A stretch of 64,000 bases of DNA from assembly GCA_014727915.1 (NCBI GenBank), contig WJMO01000009.1, forward strand, positions 64,001 to 128,000, written 5' to 3'. Each line of letters starts with the position of its first letter. Position 1 is the stretch's first letter. Below, piece by piece: positions 38,904 to 48,435 of the stretch. A model generated the notes under the pieces. That model was not told the origin of the DNA. It searched no databases and was given only the letters and a program-made list of their open reading frames with translations. Made by a program: the position numbers and the translations under genes. Source of the stretch: Candidatus Altiarchaeales archaeon. GTDB taxonomy: Archaea > Altiarchaeota > Altiarchaeia > IMC4 > SCGC-AAA252-I15.

Positions 38904-40133
38904 ATGATAGCGGAGTACGTAGGGTTCGCCCTGCATAGCCTGTCCAGCCGCGGTCTCCGCAGCTGGCTGACCATGCTGGGCATATTCGTCGGCATAGCAG
39001 CCGTTGTAGCCCTCATATCCCTCGGTCAGGGGCTGCAGAACTACATAAACGAGGAGTTCGAGAAAGTGGGGGCTAACCGGATTATCATCACACCCGGGGG
39101 AGGGGGTGGTGGTGTCATCGCAATGGGCTCCTCTGACCTGACCTCTGCGAAGCTACGGGACTCGGACCTGGACACTGTATTGGACGTCCGGGGCGTGGAA
39201 TCCGGCGCCGGCCTCGCCCGCAAGACCCTGGACGTGGTGTTCAAGGACGAGGCGAAGTCGGTGTATGTGTTCGGCGGCGACTACGGCAAGGATTCCCTGG
39301 AGTACCTGAAGACCGTCGACTACATGGTCGTCGAAGAGGGCAGGTACCTCAGCTCGTCGGACAAGTACAAGGCCTTGGTCGGGAAGCCCCTTGCATTGGA
39401 AGGCTTCGAGCATGAGATCAAGCGGGGCGACAAGATAACAATCAAGGACATAGACTTCGAGGTAGTGGGTTTCACCAAGAAGGCTGGAAACCCGCCCCAC
39501 GACAACAAGGTGGTCGTGCCCGTTGACACTCTCCGCGACCTCTACGACATGGAGGACGAGCTGGCGATGATAAGCGTCCGGGTCATGGACGGCTTCAACG
39601 TCTCCGAGGTAGCGGATAACGTGGAACGGAAGCTCCGCAGGAGCCACGGGCTCAAGGAGGGGGACGAGGACTTCACGGTTCAGACGTCACAGCAGCTCCT
39701 AGAGAGCTTCAATGCCATACTCGGGATCGTGCAGGCTTTCCTCGCGGGCATAGCGGCCATCTCATTGGTGGTCGGCGGTTTGGGTATCATGACCACCATG
39801 TATACTAGCGTTTTGGAGCGCACCCGACAGATAGGGATTATGAAGGCGGTCGGGGCCCGTAACACGAACATCCTCATGCTGTTCCTGGTTGAAGCGGGGA
39901 TATTGGGCATGGTCGGCGGGTTGATCGGCGTGGCGCTCGGCCTTACGATAAGCTTCGGCTCATCCTACGTGGCTGAGAACTACTTCAACAACGACCTGCT
40001 GAAGGCTTCGGCGGAGCCGGCCCTCATATTCGGGGCTCTGGCGTTCAGCTTCATAGTCGGATGCCTCTCCGGGCTGCTGCCTTCGATGAAGGCTGCCAGG
40101 ATGAGGCCGGTTGATGCGATAAGGTACAGGTAA
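38904..40133 (+). CDS. ABC permease (MacB/FtsX family)
   Basis: RSWLTMLGI, SVLERTRQIGIMKAVGA. Confidence 0.92.
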   Translation: MIAEYVGFALHSLSSRGLRSWLTMLGIFVGIAAVVALISLGQGLQNYINEEFEKVGANRIIITPGGGGGGVIAMGSSDLTSAKLRDSDLDTVLDVRGVESGAGLARKTLDVVFKDEAKSVYVFGGDYGKDSLEYLKTVDYMVVEEGRYLSSSDKYKALVGKPLALEGFEHEIKRGDKITIKDIDFEVVGFTKKAGNPPHDNKVVVPVDTLRDLYDMEDELAMISVRVMDGFNVSEVADNVERKLRRSHGLKEGDEDFTVQTSQQLLESFNAILGIVQAFLAGIAAISLVVGGLGIMTTMYTSVLERTRQIGIMKAVGARNTNILMLFLVEAGILGMVGGLIGVALGLTISFGSSYVAENYFNNDLLKASAEPALIFGALAFSFIVGCLSGLLPSMKAARMRPVDAIRYR

Positions 40134-40135
40134 AG

Positions 40136-41344
40136 ATGATATGGGACTATTTCAATCTGGCGGTGAAGAACATCACGAAGAAGGGAGTCCGCAGCTGGCT
40201 GACCATGCTGGGCATATTCGTCGGCATAGCCGCGGTTGTGTCCCTCGTCTCTCTCGGCCAGGGCTTGGAGGACGCTATAATGGACCAGTTCGCCCAGATG
40301 GGCTTTGACGTGGTGATGATAATGCCCGGCTCATCATACGGCCAGAGCTTCGGGTCCACCAAGCTCACCGAACACGACGAGGACCTCGTAATGGGTGTTC
40401 GGGGCATCGATAACATGGCTCCCATGCTCACGAAGATATCCAAGGTGACTTACAGGAAGGAGGTGGAGTACACGTGGGTGTCGGGCATCCCCTACGATGA
40501 CAGGTTCAACGTCTTTGAGACCATGCAGGGCCTTGACCTTATCGAGGGCAGCATACCCAAGGCCAACGAGAAATACAAGGTCCTGATAGGGTACCTCCTC
40601 GCCGAAGGAGACTACTTCAACGATAACCCGCTGAAGGTGGGAGACAAGATAGTGGTCGAAGGGCGTGAGTTCAAGGTCGCGGGGGTGATGGGGGAGATAG
40701 GCAACGAGCAGGACGACAGCCAGTTGCTCATACCCGAGGAGACAGCCAAGGAAATATTCAACGAAGAGGGCTATGACGTCTTCATGGCGAAGGTCAAGCC
40801 CGGCTTCGACCCCGCGGAGGTCGCGGAGGACATCGAGGAGAGGATGCGCCGGGACAGGAACCAGGACGAGGGCGAGGAGGACTTCCAGGTCCAGACGTCC
40901 GAGCAGCTGATGGAGAGCGTCGGGGGCATACTAGGCGCGGTACAGGCAGTACTGGTAGGAATAGCCTTGATTTCCCTGATGGTCGGCGGCATAGGCATCA
41001 TGAACACCATGTATACCAGCGTTTTGGAGCGCACCCAGGAGATAGGTGTCATGAAGGCCATCGGCGCGAGGAACCGTGACATAATGCTAATGTTCCTGGT
41101 GGAGTCCGGCATGCTCGGCGTGGTTGGGGGTCTGGTAGGTGTTGCCATAGGGCTTGGGATGAGCAAGTCAGTCGAATACTACGCCGAGGTCGCTTTGAAC
41201 ACCCCCTTACTCAAGGCGAGCACGTCACCCGAGATAATATTCGGGGCTCTGGCGTTCAGCTTCATAGTCGGCTGCCTGTCGGGCGTCCTGCCTGCCATGC
41301 AGGCCAGCAAGATGAGGCCGGTGGAAGCCCTAAGATACGAGTAG
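40136..41344 (+). CDS. ABC permease (MacB/FtsX family)
   Basis: RSWLTMLGI, SVLERTQEIGVMKAIGA. Confidence 0.92.
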   Translation: MIWDYFNLAVKNITKKGVRSWLTMLGIFVGIAAVVSLVSLGQGLEDAIMDQFAQMGFDVVMIMPGSSYGQSFGSTKLTEHDEDLVMGVRGIDNMAPMLTKISKVTYRKEVEYTWVSGIPYDDRFNVFETMQGLDLIEGSIPKANEKYKVLIGYLLAEGDYFNDNPLKVGDKIVVEGREFKVAGVMGEIGNEQDDSQLLIPEETAKEIFNEEGYDVFMAKVKPGFDPAEVAEDIEERMRRDRNQDEGEEDFQVQTSEQLMESVGGILGAVQAVLVGIALISLMVGGIGIMNTMYTSVLERTQEIGVMKAIGARNRDIMLMFLVESGMLGVVGGLVGVAIGLGMSKSVEYYAEVALNTPLLKASTSPEIIFGALAFSFIVGCLSGVLPAMQASKMRPVEALRYE

Positions 41345-41376
41345 TTTTTATCCTCTGTTCTGAAATATCATATGGG

Positions 41377-42423
41377 ATGAAACGTTATGTCCTATGGCTC
41401 GCGTTGGGCCTGCTGTCAATGTACCTAGTATACCTCATGATAATACCGTTCATTGACGTTCTCGTATACAGCGTTTTCGTCTACTACATTGGCCGGCCCG
41501 TCTACAGGCGGCTTGTGAAGCGCATAAGGTCGCATGCGGTAAGCGCTTTCGTAACGCTTTTCATACTCCTGCTGCCGGTGACGTTCGTGGTAGTCTACGG
41601 CTTCGGCGTGGCAGCGGTGGAGCTTCTGAACTTCATGGACGCGGCAGGGATACCCTATGCCACGACCATCAACAGCGTCCTTGCCGAGTCCTCCTCGGTC
41701 TTGGCTGAGCTGCGACCCCAGGATATTGTTATGATGGTGGAGGAGGACCCCAACTTCCACGACCTCTGGGGCCTCTCAACCTCCCTGTTCCTCTCTGCGA
41801 TGGGTGTCATTTTCAGGGTGATGCTGATGTTCACCATCGCATTGTACCTCCTCATGGACGGCCAACACCTGAGGGACTGGGCTGTCACGGTATTCTCACC
41901 CCCTAAGAAGGACCTGACCGAGAAGTTCTTCAAGGAGGTCGACCGCGACCTCCATGGCGTGTTCTTCGGCAGCATCATGACCGCGATGCTAATCGCCATA
42001 CTCGGATCCATGCTCTTCTTCACACTCAACCAGTTCGCGCCAGCCACCCTGAGGATTCCCTACTCTGTATTGTTGGGGATGGTCTGCGGGGTTACCTCCC
42101 TCGTCCCGGCGGTTGGCGTGGCCCTCTTCTGGGTGCCGGCGTCCATTGTGATGGTAGCATACGCTTACATGAACGGCGTGCTATGGACTGAAGGATGGTT
42201 CATAATAGCATTCGCAGCCTTGACGGCAGTGTTCGTCGACTGGGGGCCGAACATCCTCTTCAAACCCCAGATAACCGGGAAGCGCATACACCCTGGTCTG
42301 ATGATGATGGCCTACCTGCTCGGTCCCATAGCATTCGGCCTAGCAGGCCTCTTCATAGGCCCCATAGTATTGGTTGTCTCATTGAACTTCGCTAAAGTAG
42401 TTTTGCCCGAGATACGGCACTAG
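41377..42423 (+). CDS. AI-2E (UPF0118) family transporter
   Basis: YLLMDG, IHPGL..FGLAGLFIGP. Confidence 0.88.
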   Translation: MKRYVLWLALGLLSMYLVYLMIIPFIDVLVYSVFVYYIGRPVYRRLVKRIRSHAVSAFVTLFILLLPVTFVVVYGFGVAAVELLNFMDAAGIPYATTINSVLAESSSVLAELRPQDIVMMVEEDPNFHDLWGLSTSLFLSAMGVIFRVMLMFTIALYLLMDGQHLRDWAVTVFSPPKKDLTEKFFKEVDRDLHGVFFGSIMTAMLIAILGSMLFFTLNQFAPATLRIPYSVLLGMVCGVTSLVPAVGVALFWVPASIVMVAYAYMNGVLWTEGWFIIAFAALTAVFVDWGPNILFKPQITGKRIHPGLMMMAYLLGPIAFGLAGLFIGPIVLVVSLNFAKVVLPEIRH

Positions 42424-42456
42424 CTTTTTTACCGAGTTCTTTCCTAATATTCAAGG

Positions 42457-43842
42457 ATGGAAGAGGATTTCGGCGAATGGTACCGGCGCATGCTCTCCGA
42501 GAACATGCTTGTCGACGACCGCTATGACGTCAAGGGAATGCTAGTGTACCGCGGGGCTGGGATGCGCATTATCAAGCAGATGAGCCGATACCTCGAGGAC
42601 CTGCTGGAAGAGGACGGCCACGAGCCCACCCTGTTCCCACTTCTCATACCCGAGACGTTGTTGGACATGGAGAAGGAGCACATCGCAGGCTTCGAGGACG
42701 AGGTGTACTGGGTGACCCACGCGGGAGGCAACCCTGTTGAAAGGCGTCTCGCCCTCCGCCCCACGAGCGAGACCTGCATGTATCCGATGTTCGCGCTGTG
42801 GACTCGCACATTCGCAGACCTGCCCATCAAAGTCCATCAGACCACTACTGTCTACAGGAATGATACGAAGCAGACCAGGCCGCTGATAAGGACGAGGGAG
42901 ATACTCTGGAACGAGGGCCACACCGCCTTCGCCACCCGCGAAGAAGCGTTGCAGAACATCGAGACCATAACCAGGATCTACACTGAACTCATCACCGGCC
43001 TCTGTTGTGTTCCCGTGCAGGTGAACAGGCGCCCCGACTGGGACAAGTTCCCCGGCGCAGAGTACACAATCGCATTCGACGCCATTATGCCGGATGGGAA
43101 GACCCTTCAGGTGGCGACCATACACAACCTGGGCCAGCACTTCAGCAATGTCTTCAAAATACAATTCGACGACGAAGGCGGGAACAAGAAACTTGCCTGG
43201 CAGACATCATATGGCCCCGGCTTCGGCAGGTTATTGGCGTCGGTGGTTTCCGTCCACGGCGACGGCAAAGGCATGGTATTGCCTCCAAGACTCGCATCAG
43301 TACAGGCGGTGATAATCCCTATCGTGTTCAAGGACGCGGACAAAGGGAAGGTCACCGACTACGTACAAAAGGTTGTGGAAAAGCTGAAATCCTCTGGCAT
43401 ATCCTATAAGGTCGACGACGGCGACGACCGCCCTGGCGCCAAATATTATAAGTGGGAGTTGCGGGGCGTGCCAGTCCGCTTGGAGGTGGGTCCGAGGGAC
43501 GTCGAGAAGGACGCGGTGATGGTGGTCCGCAGGGACACTGGAGAAAAGCAGAGCGTGAAGCTAAAAGACCTGGACCTGCAGAAGACGTTCAAGGGCATGG
43601 AGGAGAACATCCGGTCTAAGGCAAGGGAGAACTTCGACTCCCGCATATTCACAGCCGACACCCTAGCCGACCTTGAAGAGAATCTGGGCGAGGGCATCGT
43701 AACCGTAAGCTGGTGCGAGAAGAACGAGTGCGCGAAACCCCTCGAAGAAAAAGGCACCATACTCTCGATTCTCGACGACGAGGGCGAATGCATCGTCTGC
43801 GGCAAGAAGGGCAAACAGGTACGGATGGCAAAAACCTACTGA
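42457..43842 (+). CDS. proS: prolyl-tRNA synthetase (archaeal/eukaryotic type)
   Basis: LRPTSET, TRPLIRTRE, HNLGQHF, C-terminal AKTY. Confidence 0.97.
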   Translation: MEEDFGEWYRRMLSENMLVDDRYDVKGMLVYRGAGMRIIKQMSRYLEDLLEEDGHEPTLFPLLIPETLLDMEKEHIAGFEDEVYWVTHAGGNPVERRLALRPTSETCMYPMFALWTRTFADLPIKVHQTTTVYRNDTKQTRPLIRTREILWNEGHTAFATREEALQNIETITRIYTELITGLCCVPVQVNRRPDWDKFPGAEYTIAFDAIMPDGKTLQVATIHNLGQHFSNVFKIQFDDEGGNKKLAWQTSYGPGFGRLLASVVSVHGDGKGMVLPPRLASVQAVIIPIVFKDADKGKVTDYVQKVVEKLKSSGISYKVDDGDDRPGAKYYKWELRGVPVRLEVGPRDVEKDAVMVVRRDTGEKQSVKLKDLDLQKTFKGMEENIRSKARENFDSRIFTADTLADLEENLGEGIVTVSWCEKNECAKPLEEKGTILSILDDEGECIVCGKKGKQVRMAKTY

Positions 43843-44030
43843 ATATCTATAAAAAATCCGTTTTTTTCCCACAATAGTTTTGAAAGCTCCTTGATGCCAA
43901 CCTAAAACGCTCCTCCACACTCACAAAAAAACCCATAAACAGGAAGTTCACAAACCATCTAAAAAAACTCCGCCATAGAGCGCCCGAAAACTAAAAAACG
44001 ATCAAAAAGACCGCAAAACCCTTGTTAATT

Positions 44031-44716
44031 GGAAGTTGAAAAAGTGCGCCTATGGGATATTTTATATAGGTAATAACATCTTAAGAAAATATGGAAATGG
44101 GAAAAAGGCTATATGTGACTAATAGAAAACAATGGCGTTCATGGCTCGCTAAAAACCATAACAAAGAAAAAGAAATCTGGCTCGTTTATTATAGAAAATC
44201 GTCTGGCCAAAAAAGGATTCCTTACAATGATGCCGTTGAAGAGGCGCTTTGTTATGGTTGGATAGACAGCACTTTGAAACGTATGGATGAAAATAGTTTT
44301 GCTCAAAGATTTACTCCCAGAAGACCAAATAGTGTGCTCTCCCAAACCAACAAAGAACGTATCCACAGACTTATTGAAGAAAAGAAAATGACCGTTAAAG
44401 GTCTCAATGCTGTTAGGCATGCGTTTGATGAATCATCAAAAAATCCAAAATGCATAATCAAAGGTGATATTCTCAGATCATTAAAGGAAGATAAAACAAC
44501 CTGGGAGAACTTCCGGAAATTCCCCGAGTCATACAAGCGTATCCGTATAGGGTGGATAGAAGGGGCCAGAACTCGCCCTGAAATCTTTAAGAAGAGGCTA
44601 GAATATTTTCTTAAGATGACTGCAAAGAATAAAAGATATGGTATGGTGCAGTAATAGCTTAATGACGGCGCACTTTTCCAACTTCCTCGGCTTACGCCTC
44701 GAACTCTAGCGAGGAA
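44031..44716. mobile_element. putative single-gene cassette bounded by 20-bp inverted repeats and GGAA direct repeats
   Basis: GGAAGTTGAAAAAGTGCGCC (44031-44050) / GGCGCACTTTTCCAACTTCC (44667-44686), 19/20 match; low-GC cargo gene. Confidence 0.6.
44091..44654 (+). CDS. YdeI/OmpD-associated (bacteriocin-protection) family protein
   Basis: WRSWLAKNH, AVEEALCYGWIDS, RFTPRRPNS, WIEGARTRPE; AT-rich. Confidence 0.92.
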   Translation: MEMGKRLYVTNRKQWRSWLAKNHNKEKEIWLVYYRKSSGQKRIPYNDAVEEALCYGWIDSTLKRMDENSFAQRFTPRRPNSVLSQTNKERIHRLIEEKKMTVKGLNAVRHAFDESSKNPKCIIKGDILRSLKEDKTTWENFRKFPESYKRIRIGWIEGARTRPEIFKKRLEYFLKMTAKNKRYGMVQ

Positions 44717-44725
44717 ACTATCAGC

Positions 44726-44805
44726 ACCTAACCGGCAATTCCTAACGTAATTGTCCGAATCGCCTCCTTCCAGTCGGCGACTCCGTTTACCCGCACTTGT
44801 TATCT
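44726..44805 (+). other. attC-like multi-hairpin remnant
   Basis: ACCTAAC (R''-like), hairpins CGGCAATT/AATTGTCCG and TCGCC/GGCGA, GTTATCT (imperfect R'). Confidence 0.4.
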
Positions 44806-44929
44806 GGCATGCCGGCGGTATTTCTTATTGGTATATGCGTGATCTCAAAGACCGTTTCCAGCATGCTTGCTGAAGAAGTGAAGTGATGCTTGTTAGGGGC
44901 TTCGAGCGGCTGTTTGCCCCCGTTCGTTT

Positions 44930-45352
44930 TCAGATGCCTTTGGGGTATTTTCCGTCTGATTGCATCAGGAGGAAGAGTTTCATCTCGAGGTTCCTCTCTC
45001 CTTCCCCTGGTAATCTTTCGTTGGGGACTATGTTGATCTTGTTGCGGGGGTTGCCTTTCTCGTTGTTGCCCTGGTTGGTGAAGAACCCTTCTATCTCGTC
45101 CCTTTTTACTCTGTTTAGATTGGTTACTATTGTGTAGGTGTTCGTACCGGTTTCAGAATCGCTGCTCTTCCCTACTACTACCATGGAATTAAGCACTTCA
45201 CTGGGTATGCCCAGTTTCCCCCCCCTTTCAGCTATGTCTTTTTCGTAAGAGAATAAGCCCATCTGCTCCGGCTTTCCGGTTTCGACGATCCTCCTGGCCA
45301 TGCCCTGTACTTCCGGCGGGTTGTCTTCCATCCTCCGTTTGAAAACATCCAT
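44930..45352 (-). CDS. hypothetical protein
   Basis: 140-aa ORF with AGGTGA upstream of the ATG. Confidence 0.6.
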   Translation of the reverse strand: MDVFKRRMEDNPPEVQGMARRIVETGKPEQMGLFSYEKDIAERGGKLGIPSEVLNSMVVVGKSSDSETGTNTYTIVTNLNRVKRDEIEGFFTNQGNNEKGNPRNKINIVPNERLPGEGERNLEMKLFLLMQSDGKYPKGI

Positions 45353-45440
45353 TTATTTCACCTGATTAACATTGGAACCCTGAGGGTATAAATGAGATTG
45401 GCCTTCGGGATTAATAGGCTTGGTTTCCTGATATAATATC

Positions 45441-45914
45441 ATGGCTCTGGCTCAGAGAGGACATTCCGGCCCTAACGTTAAGTTGATGCCTGACTTGGAT
45501 GTCTCTTCAGGCGGGGGCAAACCCAAGGTACTTCTCGTGGAGGACAACGACAAGATCCGGAAACTATGGGGTGAGAGCCTGGAACACTACGGGTTCACTC
45601 CCATATTGGCCTCGGATGGGGCTGAAGGCCTGGAGAGGTTCAGGGGCGAACCCGGCGTTCAAGCCGTGATAACCGACTATCAGACACCCCGGATGAACGG
45701 TTTGCAGTTGGCGGAGGCGATAAAGCAGTCCAGCCCCGATGTGGGGGTGATATTGGCTTCAGGGTCTTCCGAGCTGATCTCTAGGTTCGAGGCTGTCGAG
45801 CATGACCCGAAGAGGCTTGACCCCCACATCGACCACTTCTTCAGCAAACCCGTGGACTTTGACAACGAAATCATACCCTTACTGGGGGAGATGACAAAGA
45901 ATACTAGCATTTGA
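45441..45914 (+). CDS. single-domain response regulator (receiver)
   Basis: LLVEDN, ITDYQTPRMNG, SKP. Confidence 0.88.
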   Translation: MALAQRGHSGPNVKLMPDLDVSSGGGKPKVLLVEDNDKIRKLWGESLEHYGFTPILASDGAEGLERFRGEPGVQAVITDYQTPRMNGLQLAEAIKQSSPDVGVILASGSSELISRFEAVEHDPKRLDPHIDHFFSKPVDFDNEIIPLLGEMTKNTSI

Positions 45915-45918
45915 TCTT

Positions 45919-47256
45919 TCACACGCTGTGCCATCCGCCCTCTGCCTGCTCTATGCCCGGGTGGGTGAGGGTTATACTGTCACCGTCTCCCTCGTATCTT
46001 ACTATGTTGTTGTTGGATTGGCCCAGGCGAATTGTGACGGTGTCTCCGGGCTTCTCCAAGGGCTCTACGTTGTTGAATGTTATGTAAGCCAGCTTCTCGC
46101 CGCAGTCGCATTCACCAGGCTCTGGGCAACGATAGGCTAGCGAGGACCCTATGTTCCTAGTCCTACCGTACTTGTCCTCTATGACCTCGAAGTGGCCTCT
46201 TGATGATTCCCCGTCCGACTTGTTGAATAACATGGTTTTATCGTATGCGCTGCGCGGCCTTTCCATGCAGGCCAGGCTCCTGTTATCAAGGGATTTGAAG
46301 TACCACCTGCAGATGTAGTGCAGTTTAGCGTTGTATCTGCTGTCCCTATGCCACATGCACTCCCTCTCCGCAACCTGGAGTAGGGGCGTTTCCGGTTCGA
46401 TCAGTGGTTTAGGCAGGCATTTGAAGTGTCTTACCATCTTCACGTAATGCCTGTTGGTGTAGGTGTTTATAGTCTCCTTGTTATCCCAGTTTATCACTAT
46501 GTACCCGTAGCCCAGCCTGAAGTGGACCTCGATCTTGGCGTCACCGGGGCTCTCGCACCGCATGTGATTTATGTCAAGCACGTAGGAGCCGTCTATTGAA
46601 GTGTACGGTTCTTTCTCCCATCCCAGATTCTTGAGCGGGGAGCCCTGTCCCTTGAAGATGCCCCACACCTGGATGCTCGGCGCGACAAGCTGGTATAGCA
46701 TGTCTGGTATATACATCCTGTCCGATTTTTTCATGATCTCCTCCCGGTCCACAGTCACTTTCAGCTTCGCGTCCACCGTCTCCCCCTCAAGGGTATCCCC
46801 AGCATCCAGGTCGAGGTTGAAGAAGCCGTCGGAAAAATTCCCGAGACCCTCGACTATGAGGTCGCTGAAATGGCCAAGGGTTAAAGTGGCTTTCAACCTG
46901 TCATCGTCTATGGTGATGTATGCATCTTCCACAGCCTCCACATTATCCTCCGATATCGTGTAGAAAACCGGAAGACGGCCGGTGTATGCTCCGAGGTCGA
47001 CTGTCAGGTTAACGGGTTTTTCGAACTTCAGCCCGTCGGGCTGCAGACGGTAGACCCTCCTGCTGCCTGACTCCACTAGTTCAACGCTAAGGCCGTTCGA
47101 TCCCATTCCGTCAGGCATGGCGCCGGCGGGTATGTCCAACCGCGCATCCGGGAATGTAAGGGAGGCGTCCTCAGTGTCCGAGGGTTCCTTGTCTATGCTT
47201 TGGGGTCCCTGGCAGAGGCACCCTGAGACCAGGACCATTAACACAAGCCATCGCAT
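45919..47256 (-). CDS. secreted/lipoprotein-like protein with ZU5-like N-terminal domain
   Basis: Signal ending VSGC; LDIPAGA..LQPDGLKFEKPV..LGHFS. Confidence 0.6.
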   Translation of the reverse strand: MRWLVLMVLVSGCLCQGPQSIDKEPSDTEDASLTFPDARLDIPAGAMPDGMGSNGLSVELVESGSRRVYRLQPDGLKFEKPVNLTVDLGAYTGRLPVFYTISEDNVEAVEDAYITIDDDRLKATLTLGHFSDLIVEGLGNFSDGFFNLDLDAGDTLEGETVDAKLKVTVDREEIMKKSDRMYIPDMLYQLVAPSIQVWGIFKGQGSPLKNLGWEKEPYTSIDGSYVLDINHMRCESPGDAKIEVHFRLGYGYIVINWDNKETINTYTNRHYVKMVRHFKCLPKPLIEPETPLLQVAERECMWHRDSRYNAKLHYICRWYFKSLDNRSLACMERPRSAYDKTMLFNKSDGESSRGHFEVIEDKYGRTRNIGSSLAYRCPEPGECDCGEKLAYITFNNVEPLEKPGDTVTIRLGQSNNNIVRYEGDGDSITLTHPGIEQAEGGWHSV

Positions 47257-47291
47257 AAAAAAGAATAACGGGAGAAACATTAAAAATCAGT

Positions 47292-47549
47292 TCATTCGAA
47301 CCAGTCGGGGTTCTTCAGCTGTGTGGTCTCGTTGATGATCTCCTTGACGGTGTACTTCTCGTCGCGTGTGCCATTATGCATTATATGCCTCAGAGCGTCT
47401 AATTCTGCTTCAGATAGTCTTTCCTCTCTTTTCCGGAGCTTTCCCTGGGCAAGGTCCGTCGTCAGACGCCGGAATATCATCCGGGGGCTGGGAAGCTTGG
47501 AAGCAGGCACCTCCTCCCTCCTGGGGTCCCTCCTCTTCTCCTCCACCAT
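47292..47549 (-). CDS. hypothetical protein
   Basis: 85-aa ORF from MVEEKRR. Confidence 0.5.
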   Translation of the reverse strand: MVEEKRRDPRREEVPASKLPSPRMIFRRLTTDLAQGKLRKREERLSEAELDALRHIMHNGTRDEKYTVKEIINETTQLKNPDWFE

Positions 47550-47621
47550 GTTATGTATTGACGAGTACATGTTAAAGAATTTTAAACATCGATTCTTATC
47601 TTCTGAAACCCATCTTTACAC

Positions 47622-48428
47622 ATGCGTGTTGCGGTTTCCACCACCCACAGGCTCCACCTGTCAGCGGAGAACGCGGTTTGTGAATTGCACCCGCTTGGCT
47701 TCAATGACATCCAGCTGGGCCTGCCACACTACAATGCAGACCTTGATAATCTGGTTAGGATCCGGGATTGGCTCGGTTTGACCTATACCGTCCACGGGCC
47801 GTTCCCCGCGGAGAGGGGTTTCATCTGCAACGCCGCAGCCGTCGATGACAGCGTGTTCGAGAAGACCCGGGGGATATTCACCTCAACCCTGGAAAATGCC
47901 GGAAGACTCGGGGCGGGGTTGGTAGTCTTCCACGTTGCCGAGCCAGGGCATGAGAACAGCCTCGAATCGTCCATCGAGATGTTCAAGCTATTGGCTGGAA
48001 AAGCCGAAAAGGAGGATATGGTCGTTTGCGTTGAGAACAAGATGCCCAACTCGGACGTTGGATTCTCACCGGACGACATACGCAGACTGCTGGAGGAGGT
48101 CGGCTCCGACCACCTGGGCATATGCTTCGACACCGGCCACGCCATCGCCTCAATGGGGTCGGAGAGGAAGGCGCTGGATTTCATGGACTCGTTCAAGGAG
48201 CAGATACGAGACGTTCACATAGTGCCCGGGACCTATGAGTGGGACGTGGCCACGCCACCCCAGCTTGAACCCCACTTCTACAGGGGAGTCGTGAGGATAC
48301 TCGATGGAGTAGGGTATCCTGGTAACCTTACCATCGAGGCCGTGCCTGAGATACCCGACACGGAACTGGTCCGTGGAAGCCAGTACCTGCGGGCCACGAT
48401 AGTCGAACACTACCAGAACAAGATGTGA
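47622..48428 (+). CDS. sugar-phosphate isomerase/epimerase (AP endonuclease 2 TIM barrel)
   Basis: TVHGP, VFH, VEN, FDTGHA, TIE. Confidence 0.85.
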   Translation: MRVAVSTTHRLHLSAENAVCELHPLGFNDIQLGLPHYNADLDNLVRIRDWLGLTYTVHGPFPAERGFICNAAAVDDSVFEKTRGIFTSTLENAGRLGAGLVVFHVAEPGHENSLESSIEMFKLLAGKAEKEDMVVCVENKMPNSDVGFSPDDIRRLLEEVGSDHLGICFDTGHAIASMGSERKALDFMDSFKEQIRDVHIVPGTYEWDVATPPQLEPHFYRGVVRILDGVGYPGNLTIEAVPEIPDTELVRGSQYLRATIVEHYQNKM

Positions 48429-48435
48429 AAAACGC

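Noticed and set aside
44031-44686. Inverted repeats as ends of an autonomous IS
   Set aside because: Cargo is not a transposase, and the GGAA duplication does not directly flank both inverted repeats
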